A stretch of 64,000 bases of DNA. Origin: an uncultured SAR116 cluster alpha proteobacterium (GTDB lineage Bacteria; Pseudomonadota; Alphaproteobacteria; Puniceispirillales; Marisalimonadaceae). Below, piece by piece: positions 29,377 to 37,720 of this stretch. Location of the stretch: assembly GCA_902589185.1 (NCBI GenBank), contig CACIRZ010000004.1, positions 2,554 through 66,553 on the forward strand. The letters run 5' to 3'. A program made the translations under genes and the position numbers. How positions within the stretch are numbered: the first letter of the stretch is position 1; each line of letters starts with the position of its first letter. The notes under the pieces are model-generated. The model was not told where the DNA came from. It saw only the letters and a list, made by a program, of their open reading frames with translations, and searched no databases.

Positions 29377-31065
29377 ATGAAAATAAATCAACATCCACCA
29401 CAAGAGGAAATTGATCAATTAAAACGACTTTTAGGTAAAGGTCAATTTTCACTTGTTTTTAAAAATGCTGAAACTATTATTCAGAATTATCCAAACTCTT
29501 TTATTATTTGGAACTTACTTGGTGTAGCAGCATATGAAATAAAAAAATTTGATTATGCAATAATGTCTTACAAAAAAGCAATCTCAATAAACCCAAAATA
29601 TGAACATACTTACAATAATTTAGGCCTTGTACTAAGAGATCAGGGAAAAGTTGATAGTGCAATAGAAGCTTATGAAAAAGCAATATTAAATAATCCTGGT
29701 AACGCTTTATTTTATAATAACTTAGGTGCTTTGCTTTCAGAACAAGGAAAGAACAATGAATCTATAGAAGCTTGTAAAAAGGCAATATTATTAAAAAAAG
29801 ATTATCCAGAAGCTTATAATAACTTAGGAGCTATACTTAGAGATCAAGGTAAAATTTCAGAAGCTATAGAAGCTTGCAATAAGGCAATATTTTTGAAATC
29901 AGATTATGCTGAGGCTTATAATAACTTAGGAGCTATACTTAGAGATCAAGGTAAAATTTCAGAAGCTTTAGATGCTTGTAAAAAGGCAATTTTGTTAAAA
30001 CCTAATTATGCCGAGGCTTATAATAACTTAGGAGCTATACTTAGAGATCAAGGTAATATTTATGAAGCTATAGAAGCTTGCAATAAGGCAGTCTTATTAA
30101 AACCAGATTATGCAGAAGCTTATTATAGTTTGTCATTTTCTCATAATTTAAAAGGAGATTTAGAAAACGGATTTAAATTATATGAATGGAGATTAAGAGA
30201 GAAGAGATTTATTGCCAGAACACCCAGAAAATATTTGATATGGAATGGGAAAAAGTCTGTTTTAGGAAAAAAGTTTTTTGTTTATGAAGAGCAAGGCCTT
30301 GGAGATATTATTCAATTCGCCAGATATTTACTTTTATTAAAGCAAAAAGGAGCTGAAGTAACTTTTAGAGTTAAAACAAAGATGCACTCTCTTTTAAAAA
30401 CATTAGACGAGGACATAATTTTTGTTGAAGATGATCCAGCACAAAATAATATCGATTTTGAAACACCACTTATGAGTCTTCCTTTTTTATTTAATACAAA
30501 TTTAGATACAATTCCATCGATGACCTCATATCTTCAAGCCAACCATGACAAAGTTAAGTCATGGTGTGAACGTTTAACAAAAGACACCTTTAAAGTTGGA
30601 ATCTGTTGGCAGGGAAGTAAGAACAAAATAGATTTTGGCAGATCTTTTCCTTTATCTTTATTCGAAAGTATATCAAAAGTACCAAACATAGAACTGATTA
30701 GTCTTCATAAAGGTGAAGGTGAAAACCAAATTAAAGATATTAATTTTGAGTTAACAACATTAGGCGATGATTTTGATGCTGGAGAAAACGCATTCGAGGA
30801 CACAGCTGCTATTATGATGAATTGTGACTTAATTATAACCTCTGATACTGCAACAGCTCATTTGGCTGGAGCATTAGGCTGTCCTACTTGGGTGGCACTA
30901 AAAAAAGTTCCAGATTGGAGATGGATGTTGGAACAAAATCAAAGTCCCTGGTATCCAAACATGAAGTTATATCGTCAAAAAGAGTTAGGTGATTGGGACC
31001 ATGTTTTTAAAATAATCAAAAGAGATTTAGAATCACTCATAAAACAAGAAAAGAGAATTAAATGA
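29377..31065 (+). CDS. TPR-repeat protein with C-terminal GT9-like glycosyltransferase domain
   Basis: Multiple 34-aa AYNNLG TPRs; YEWR, EQGLGDIIQFARY, PLMSLP, VGICWQG, DLIITSDTATAHLAGALG, DWRW, PWYP. Confidence 0.88.
   Translation: MKINQHPPQEEIDQLKRLLGKGQFSLVFKNAETIIQNYPNSFIIWNLLGVAAYEIKKFDYAIMSYKKAISINPKYEHTYNNLGLVLRDQGKVDSAIEAYEKAILNNPGNALFYNNLGALLSEQGKNNESIEACKKAILLKKDYPEAYNNLGAILRDQGKISEAIEACNKAIFLKSDYAEAYNNLGAILRDQGKISEALDACKKAILLKPNYAEAYNNLGAILRDQGNIYEAIEACNKAVLLKPDYAEAYYSLSFSHNLKGDLENGFKLYEWRLREKRFIARTPRKYLIWNGKKSVLGKKFFVYEEQGLGDIIQFARYLLLLKQKGAEVTFRVKTKMHSLLKTLDEDIIFVEDDPAQNNIDFETPLMSLPFLFNTNLDTIPSMTSYLQANHDKVKSWCERLTKDTFKVGICWQGSKNKIDFGRSFPLSLFESISKVPNIELISLHKGEGENQIKDINFELTTLGDDFDAGENAFEDTAAIMMNCDLIITSDTATAHLAGALGCPTWVALKKVPDWRWMLEQNQSPWYPNMKLYRQKELGDWDHVFKIIKRDLESLIKQEKRIK
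29812..30056 (+). repeat. 102-bp period tandem repeat within TPR-coding DNA
   Basis: Identical 41-mer GCTTATAATAACTTAGGAGCTATACTTAGAGATCAAGGTAA at 29812, 29914 and 30016. Confidence 0.9.
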
Positions 31066-31451
31066 AGACACCATTAATACCTGTCTCTTGGGGAGAGTTA
31101 TTTGATAAAATTACAATTCTTCAGATAAAAATAGAAAATCTTCAAGAAAAAAATGCTTTAAAGAATGTTAAAACAGAGCATGACCAACTAAATACAATTT
31201 ATAATAATAATTTTTTAAAAGATGAACTTGCAAGAGTTCTTTTTAATGATCTAAAAGAAATTAATCAAAAACTTTGGGATATAGAGGATAAGATTCGAGA
31301 TAAAGAAAGAAGTAAAAAATTTGACAAAGAATTTATAGAACTGGCCAGAAATGTTTACTTCACCAACGATGAACGTTCAAGAATCAAAAGAAATATAAAT
31401 GAAACTTTTGGATCTAAAATTATTGAAGAAAAATCATATTCCAAATATTAA
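31062..31451 (+). CDS. DUF6165 family protein
   Basis: PVSWGELFDKITILQIK, INQKLWDIED, FIELARNVYFTNDERSRIKR, EEKSY; 4-bp overlap with TPR-GT9 gene. Confidence 0.8.
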   Translation: MKTPLIPVSWGELFDKITILQIKIENLQEKNALKNVKTEHDQLNTIYNNNFLKDELARVLFNDLKEINQKLWDIEDKIRDKERSKKFDKEFIELARNVYFTNDERSRIKRNINETFGSKIIEEKSYSKY

Positions 31452-31474
31452 AACTATTTTATAATTTAAAGTAA

Positions 31475-31567
31475 CTAAAATAAGTCAATTCCTGCTAATT
31501 GAAATAAAACTGTGATTATATATAAGGCAACCACTGATCCAATTATTATTTTTATATTTTTATTCAT
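31475..31567 (-). CDS. Putative 30-aa single-pass membrane protein (not in ORF track)
   Basis: MNKNIKIIIGSVVALYIITVLFQLAGIDLF*; AAGGTGA Shine-Dalgarno 4 nt upstream; fills an intergenic gap. Confidence 0.5.
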   Translation of the reverse strand: MNKNIKIIIGSVVALYIITVLFQLAGIDLF

Positions 31568-31729
31568 AAAATCACCTTAATATGTTTAATCAAAATAAAC
31601 TTTGGAATAGTTTTACTATGTCAAAATAAAACTAATTTAATTATCATTAATAATTCATATAATACTACATAAAATTAGTTTAATGACGTATTATCTTAAA
31701 ATGATAAATTATAAGTTTTGAGGTTTGTT

Positions 31730-31954
31730 ATGTCAGTTTATGCAATAAAAGTATGGTTGTCTAAAAGTGAAAAAGATTGGTTTCTTTATAAAGACTTGGA
31801 AGATCATGTTGTACATACATGGAGTAGAAGAGAAAAAGCTGAAGAGGTTATGAACCTTTTAACGTGTCATAAAGCTGAAATTACAGAAGAGATACCAGCT
31901 CCAGCTCTAGCTAGATCTAATGAAAAAAAACAAAAATTAAAAGTTGAAAGCTAA
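31730..31954 (+). CDS. Hypothetical protein (about 74 aa)
   Basis: ATG at 31730 preceded by GAGG; protein-like composition; no family recognised. Confidence 0.6.
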   Translation: MSVYAIKVWLSKSEKDWFLYKDLEDHVVHTWSRREKAEEVMNLLTCHKAEITEEIPAPALARSNEKKQKLKVES

Positions 31955-32264
31955 TAATTGTTCTAAAGTGCAACAATCAAATAGAAATGATTGGAATGTT
32001 AGATTTGAGGTTACATTTTATGGTAATGATCCAAACAAAGGATCATTTAGAGAAATTAAAGAAGATAATATAGTTTTTAACGATGAATTCGAAATTGAAA
32101 ATAAATTACCATTTAATAATGCTGCAAATGTTGAAATTAACTTTTTAATTTGGGTCGATACATTACCAATTGAAAATCTAACAAAATTACCTCATGATTA
32201 TAAAGATCGAAAAATAAAATATGATAAAGAATCAATTGAAGTTTTAGAAGTTAAAAAGTTATAG
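31944..32264 (+). CDS. Hypothetical protein
   Basis: 106-aa ORF overlapping previous gene; start uncertain; no family recognised. Confidence 0.55.
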   Translation: MKANNCSKVQQSNRNDWNVRFEVTFYGNDPNKGSFREIKEDNIVFNDEFEIENKLPFNNAANVEINFLIWVDTLPIENLTKLPHDYKDRKIKYDKESIEVLEVKKL

Positions 32265-32299
32265 TCTTGAAAAGATAATAAGTTAGGGGGTTAATTATT

Positions 32300-32701
32300 A
32301 TGAATATAAAAGGAGGATGTTACTGTAGTGCGATACGATATGAATCTAAAGGAGAAGTTCAAGCCTCTATACAATGTCACTGTAGAGAATGCCAATATAT
32401 AACTGGTGGCAATCCTAACGTTATTATGATAATTCCACTTGAAGGATTTAAATTTGTTAGTGGAAAACCTAAAGAGTTTAAAAGAAGTGATTTAGAAAAC
32501 GCTGTTACTAGACTTTTTTGTGATAAATGTGGAACGGCAATTGGGACTAGAAATCCAATGAGACCAGGATCAATAATTTTGAAAGTTGGTACGTTTGATG
32601 ACCCATCAATTTTTGATCCTAAAATAGCAATTTTTACAATTGATAAACAAAAATTTCACCATATAGATGATAATTTAAAATGTTTTGATAAAAGGCCTTA
32701 A
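32300..32701 (+). CDS. GFA (CENP-V) family zinc-binding protein
   Basis: GGCYCSAIRY, CHCRECQ, RLFCDKCGT. Confidence 0.88.
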   Translation: MNIKGGCYCSAIRYESKGEVQASIQCHCRECQYITGGNPNVIMIIPLEGFKFVSGKPKEFKRSDLENAVTRLFCDKCGTAIGTRNPMRPGSIILKVGTFDDPSIFDPKIAIFTIDKQKFHHIDDNLKCFDKRP

Positions 32702-33587
32702 TACAAAAAAAATATTTATGTCAAATATCCAAAATGTTGCAGACATATCTATTGTAATACCCACATATAACAGATGTGAATTGTTAAAGAGGGCTATAAA
32801 TTCTGTTTTAGACCAAACTATTAATGTTAGAGAAATTATTATAGTTGACAATGGATCAACAGATAATACTTATGAAATCATATCCTCATTATTTCCTGAA
32901 ATAACATATATTTATGAAAAGAGAAAAGGTGTAAGTATTGCTAGAAACGTAGGAATAAAAAATTGTCACTCAACTTGGATTGCTTTTTTAGATTCTGATG
33001 ATGCTTGGAAACCAAAAAAATTAGAAGAACAACTTTTTTTCTCAAACAATAACAACAAAAAATACAGGCTTATTCATACAAATGAAATTTGGTATAAAAA
33101 TGATAAATTTCAAAATCAACTAAAAAAACATGAAAAATCAGGTGGAGATATTTTTCAAAAATCTCTTCAACTATGTTGTATTTCTCCAAGTAGTGCTTTT
33201 ATTAAAAAAAAAGTTTTTGATGATTATGGGTTTTTTGACGAAAGTTTAGAAGTTTGTGAAGATTATGATATGTGGATAAGAATAACATCAAAAGAAGAGG
33301 TTGGTTTTTTAGATAATCCGTTGGTAGTAAAATATGGAGGACATGATGATCAACTTTCAAAAAAATATTGGGGAATGGATAGATTTAGAATTAAATCTCT
33401 AGAAAAAAATTTAAAAAATGATTGGTTTTCTTCAGAGCAAAAAAAAAGTGTTTTGAATATACTCGTTAAAAAATTATCTATTATGTCAAATGGAGCAAAA
33501 AAAAGAGATAATGAAAAAATCTATAGAAAATATAAAGACAAATTGAATTACTGGTCATTAGAATTAGCTAAATTTAAAAATGAATAA
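32685..33587 (+). CDS. Family 2 glycosyltransferase (true start possibly ATG 32718)
   Basis: ISIVIPTYNR, IVDNGSTD, GVSIARN, AFLDSDD, CEDYDMW, KYGGHDDQLS. Confidence 0.9.
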   Translation: MIKGLNTKKIFMSNIQNVADISIVIPTYNRCELLKRAINSVLDQTINVREIIIVDNGSTDNTYEIISSLFPEITYIYEKRKGVSIARNVGIKNCHSTWIAFLDSDDAWKPKKLEEQLFFSNNNNKKYRLIHTNEIWYKNDKFQNQLKKHEKSGGDIFQKSLQLCCISPSSAFIKKKVFDDYGFFDESLEVCEDYDMWIRITSKEEVGFLDNPLVVKYGGHDDQLSKKYWGMDRFRIKSLEKNLKNDWFSSEQKKSVLNILVKKLSIMSNGAKKRDNEKIYRKYKDKLNYWSLELAKFKNE

Positions 33588-34431
33588 TTTAAAAAAAACA
33601 AAAAATTCTATTAGATGGGTCATAGCTTTAAAGGAAGAAGCTCAAGTAATTCTAGATTATTACAAACTAAAGCCTATTAATGAAAAAACTATTTACCCAA
33701 TTTATAAGAATGAAGAAGAGACACACTGGTTAATTATATGTGGAATTGGTCAAAATAATGCAGCTGCCTCAACTGCTTATCTTTATGCGTATAGTAACGC
33801 ATCAAACTATACATCATGGATAAATATAGGAATTGCTGGATCCTGTAAGGGTAATTATGGAGACTTATATCTTGTAGATAAAATTTCAACTTATCAAAGA
33901 AAAAAAAGTACTTATCCATCAACACTACCAAAGACAACTTTGCCAAAGATGCATTTATTTACATCTGATATTCCTATATCAGATTATTCAACTTATGAGT
34001 TGATTGACATGGAAGGGAGTGCTTTTTTTGATATTGCTAGTAAGTTAACATCAAAAGAATTTATTTGTTTAATGAAAGTAATATCTGATGGCCCAGAAAA
34101 TGATATTAAAGAAATAACTAGGTTAAAAATAAGTAATTTAATTAAAGAAAATCTCTTGAAGATTATTGATGTAATTTCATATTATGAAAGACTCTCTGAA
34201 GAAGAGCTTCAAATAATTGATAAGCCTAAATTATTTCATGAAATTAAATCAAAATGGCATTTTTCAGCAACACAATCTTATCGACTTGAGACTTTGCTCA
34301 GGCGTATAGAAATTTTTTGTAATAAAAAAGATATAGAACAAATAATTAAAAATTGTGAAACATCTAATTCTGTTATTAAAGTTTTAAATACGAAAATAAA
34401 AAATAATTTAGTAAATTGGAGTAAATTTTGA
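33580..34431 (+). CDS. Nucleoside phosphorylase/MTA-SAH nucleosidase-like protein with C-terminal extension
   Basis: ALKEEA, CGIG, INIGIAG, DMEGSAF, KVISD parallel the PNP_UDP_1/MTAN motifs. Confidence 0.7.
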   Translation: MNNLKKTKNSIRWVIALKEEAQVILDYYKLKPINEKTIYPIYKNEEETHWLIICGIGQNNAAASTAYLYAYSNASNYTSWINIGIAGSCKGNYGDLYLVDKISTYQRKKSTYPSTLPKTTLPKMHLFTSDIPISDYSTYELIDMEGSAFFDIASKLTSKEFICLMKVISDGPENDIKEITRLKISNLIKENLLKIIDVISYYERLSEEELQIIDKPKLFHEIKSKWHFSATQSYRLETLLRRIEIFCNKKDIEQIIKNCETSNSVIKVLNTKIKNNLVNWSKF

Positions 34432-35420
34432 TTGAAACAATATACGTTGAAGATGCAATTCAAAACCATCCAAAAACAAAATTTATTTTAAATAAATTTA
34501 AAAAATCCCGAATTATATCAATAAATAAATATGGAGAAATATTTAATAAAAGAAATCAAAATTTTAGAATTCAAAAAGCTAATCCTTGTTTAATCCTCGC
34601 TCATAAAAAAGATAATTTTGTATTACCAGCACCCGAAGGATTTGGAATAGGCTCATCCAAAAATTTTTATTTTTCACATATGTATAATTGTATTTATGAT
34701 TGTAGATATTGCTTTCTACAGGGAATGTATTCTTCAGCTAACTATGTTATTTTTGTTAACTTTGAAGATTTTGATATTTCAATTGAAAAAATTATAGAAA
34801 ATAATATTAATTCAAAATTAACTTTTTTTTCTGGTTATGATTGTGACTCACTTGCACTTGAGAATATTACTGGATTTGCAAAACATATTTTACTACTTTT
34901 TAGAAAATACCCTCAAATTGAAATAGAATTTAGAACAAAAAGTATTCAAAAAGAACCATTTTTGTCTGTAAAACCTATGCCAAATGTTATTTTAGCTTAC
35001 AGTCTTATGCCAGAATTAATGTCAAATTCGTTAGATAACAAAGCCCCTTCGATTTCAAAACGAATTCGTGTTATTTCTGAATTAGCTTTAAAAGGTTGGA
35101 AGATAGGTTTAAGATTTGATCCGTTAATACATGGTGAAAATTGGAAAGAATTGTATCAAGAACTTTTAGAAAATATATACAACAATATCTTTCTTGATAA
35201 TCTACACTCTGTTAGCTTTGGCTCATTAAGATTTCCTAAGAGAATGTTTAAGGATATTTTTAAACTTTATCCTCATGAACCATTATTTGCTAGTTCATTA
35301 TCTCTTAATAATAAAATGATATCATATGACATTGAGATAGAGGAAGAAATGACTTCATTTTGTAAAAACTTATCATTAAAGTATATAAATGAAGATCAAA
35401 TATTTAAATGTTCTATCTAA
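34428..35420 (+). CDS. Spore photoproduct lyase-family radical SAM protein
   Basis: NCIYDCRYCFLQ, FVNFED, DSLALE, EFRTKS, SLMP, APS..KRI, LRFDPLI; TTG start overlaps upstream TGA, GGAG RBS. Confidence 0.85.
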   Translation: MIETIYVEDAIQNHPKTKFILNKFKKSRIISINKYGEIFNKRNQNFRIQKANPCLILAHKKDNFVLPAPEGFGIGSSKNFYFSHMYNCIYDCRYCFLQGMYSSANYVIFVNFEDFDISIEKIIENNINSKLTFFSGYDCDSLALENITGFAKHILLLFRKYPQIEIEFRTKSIQKEPFLSVKPMPNVILAYSLMPELMSNSLDNKAPSISKRIRVISELALKGWKIGLRFDPLIHGENWKELYQELLENIYNNIFLDNLHSVSFGSLRFPKRMFKDIFKLYPHEPLFASSLSLNNKMISYDIEIEEEMTSFCKNLSLKYINEDQIFKCSI

Positions 35421-35438
35421 GTTTATTGGTATTTTTTT

Positions 35439-36143
35439 ATGGAAGATAAATGTGTTTTGGTAACAGGAAGTTCAAGTGGAATAGGTTATGAAATAACCTT
35501 GAAGCTTCTTGATTTAGGAGCAAAGGTAATTGGAATAGCTAGAAATCATGATAGATCCAAACTAGAAAACAAGAATTATACAACATACAAATGTGATGTA
35601 AGTTCTCATCAGAAATTAGAAATACTTTTGAAACAAATTTTAAAAAAACATCCTCAAATTAATTGTTTCATAAGTAATGCAGGTTATGGTGATTTTGGTC
35701 CTCTTGAAAATTTTTCAACATTACAAATCAAGAATTTCATTGCTACAAATTTAACATCACATATGGTCATAACGAAACTATTATTACCTCACTTTAAAAA
35801 AATTAAAATAGGAGACATAATTTTTATTGGATCTGAAGCAGGGTTGGTAGGTGCTAAGAATGGAAGTCTTTATTGTACTGCAAAATTTGGATTAAGAGGC
35901 TTTTCTGAGGCATTAAGTAAGGATGTTGCTAACAAAAATATAAGGATAAGTATAATAAACCCAGGCATGATTAGGACTGATTTTTTTAAAAATTTAAATT
36001 TTGAGCCAGGTAATGATGAGGAAAATGCTATAAATATAAAAGATGTTTCATCCACAGTGGCTTATATTCTAGATTTAAGTAGAAACACCATTGTAGATGA
36101 AATTAATCTTTCACCTCTAAAAAAGGCAATTAAATTTAAATGA
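35439..36143 (+). CDS. Short-chain dehydrogenase/reductase
   Basis: TGSSSGIG, SNAG, GSEAG, YCTAK (YxxxK), NPGM. Confidence 0.9.
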   Translation: MEDKCVLVTGSSSGIGYEITLKLLDLGAKVIGIARNHDRSKLENKNYTTYKCDVSSHQKLEILLKQILKKHPQINCFISNAGYGDFGPLENFSTLQIKNFIATNLTSHMVITKLLLPHFKKIKIGDIIFIGSEAGLVGAKNGSLYCTAKFGLRGFSEALSKDVANKNIRISIINPGMIRTDFFKNLNFEPGNDEENAINIKDVSSTVAYILDLSRNTIVDEINLSPLKKAIKFK

Positions 36144-36144
36144 A

Positions 36145-36666
36145 CTAATCAATAATAGTAACAGCACGTCTATTTTTAGACCAAGCCATGGTATTTGATC
36201 CAACTACAGCTGGTTTCTCTTTTCCATAAGAAATAACTTTGATTCTATCAGGATCAATACCTTGTATAACTAGATAATCTCTAACCGCGGTAGCTCTTTG
36301 CTCACCTAAAGCTAAGTTGTACTCTCTAGTACCACGCTCATCACAATGACCTTCGATTATAAAATTAAGGTCTGTATTAGCTCTTAAAAACCTTGATTGT
36401 GCATCGAGAAGTATTTTTGCACTAGAATCTAGTGTAGCAGAATCATAGTCGAATAACACCCTATCACCTACAGCAATTAATTTATCAGCTGCTGTTTGCT
36501 TGGCTGCAGCAAATAAACTTTTCTTTTTATCAACAGAGCTTGAAGCAGAAGCACTACCTGATGCGGATGTGGATGTACCAGTCACTGCCTTTTGTGAGGC
36601 AGTCTCACATGCTGAAAGTAAAAGAAGAGATGAAATAGCTGTAGCTATTAAAATTTTATTTTTCAT
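36145..36666 (-). CDS. pal: Peptidoglycan-associated lipoprotein (OmpA-like domain)
   Basis: Lipobox LLSAC, DRVLFDYDS, IEGHCDERGTREYNLALGEQRA, ISYGKEKP, NRRA. Confidence 0.9.
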   Translation of the reverse strand: MKNKILIATAISSLLLLSACETASQKAVTGTSTSASGSASASSSVDKKKSLFAAAKQTAADKLIAVGDRVLFDYDSATLDSSAKILLDAQSRFLRANTDLNFIIEGHCDERGTREYNLALGEQRATAVRDYLVIQGIDPDRIKVISYGKEKPAVVGSNTMAWSKNRRAVTIID

Positions 36667-37036
36667 TTGATTTTCCTATAGTATAACCATTTTTAATTAT
36701 TTTAGTAAATAACCTAGAAACAGAGTTCTTTGGTTGTGCACAATGTTTTGCTTCAGTTACAAATCTATCATTTACGGCATGCTCACTTAAAAAAATTTCT
36801 TCAGAATTATCCGACTTTAATTTATAGTGAAGTATACCATTTAAAAGCTTTTTACCAGTAATTGAATAAACGATATCCAAATTATCTTTTCTAAAGATTT
36901 TTGTATTTATGTCAATTTCCGCCATATAACTATCCTGAATATATTCTCTAGCATAGATAAAATCACCATTTTTTTTACTAGGGAGCGGCCACCTAAACAA
37001 TCGAAAGAAATTATAATGTTTTCTTTTAATAGTCAA
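36656..37036 (-). CDS. Hypothetical protein upstream of pal
   Basis: 126-aa ORF overlapping pal start by 11 bp; start uncertain. Confidence 0.5.
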   Translation of the reverse strand: MTIKRKHYNFFRLFRWPLPSKKNGDFIYAREYIQDSYMAEIDINTKIFRKDNLDIVYSITGKKLLNGILHYKLKSDNSEEIFLSEHAVNDRFVTEAKHCAQPKNSVSRLFTKIIKNGYTIGKSNEK

Positions 37037-37240
37037 TTATAAATATTTCACGATACGTGAACATATATTCTTGATTTACATTAATATTTAAATTTATTTA
37101 CGATTGTGAACTCAGTTAATTTTCCAACTAGCACTACTGAGTTCACTTCATTAACATGATAATAATTTCTTTGTAGATATTTTTCAATGTTTGTCTTAAC
37201 TTGATTAATGCTAGTTGGGAGGTTGTTTTTGAAAAATAAA

Positions 37241-37702
37241 ATGGAAAATGTTTTGCAACAAAATTTCATTGCAATTTGGCATCATTTTCTTTCTTTTGAA
37301 ATTAGTAGATCAAAATTTGCAGTTGAAACTTGGGGTAGTGGAAACGCTTATTTAATTTTTCAAGTTATTGCTTGGCATCATATTTTAGTAATGTCAGATC
37401 AAGCAGAATCTAAAATAAGAGAAGAAGCGGTAGAACTATGGTTTAAATTAACTAAAACTGGGTTCAAGACACGTAGCGTTTTAACTTATACCCTTATTTC
37501 ATCATTAACCTCGTTAAGTATAGAAACAGTGCGAAGACATGTAAAAAAGCTAGAAGAAAATAACTGGGTTTCTTATTCAAAAAAAGAGGGTGTTAAGTTT
37601 AGACCTAGTGAAGAAAATAATAAGTTTCTGGCAGACGTTTTTAATGTTAAAGAAGTTAAAGATTTAGGACATCTTCTTGATATAATAGAAAAACAAAAAT
37701 AA
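37241..37702 (+). CDS. Putative winged-helix DNA-binding protein
   Basis: LTYTLISSLTSLSIETVRRHVKKLEENNWV HTH plus wing pattern; likely start MENVLQ at 37241 (ORF track starts 37208). Confidence 0.6.
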   Translation: MENVLQQNFIAIWHHFLSFEISRSKFAVETWGSGNAYLIFQVIAWHHILVMSDQAESKIREEAVELWFKLTKTGFKTRSVLTYTLISSLTSLSIETVRRHVKKLEENNWVSYSKKEGVKFRPSEENNKFLADVFNVKEVKDLGHLLDIIEKQK

Positions 37703-37720
37703 ATACATTAGGTTTAAAAT

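Noticed and set aside
29812-30056. CRISPR-like regularly spaced repeats
   Set aside because: 102-bp period equals 34 codons in frame within TPR-coding DNA; intervening segments are homologous; no cas genes
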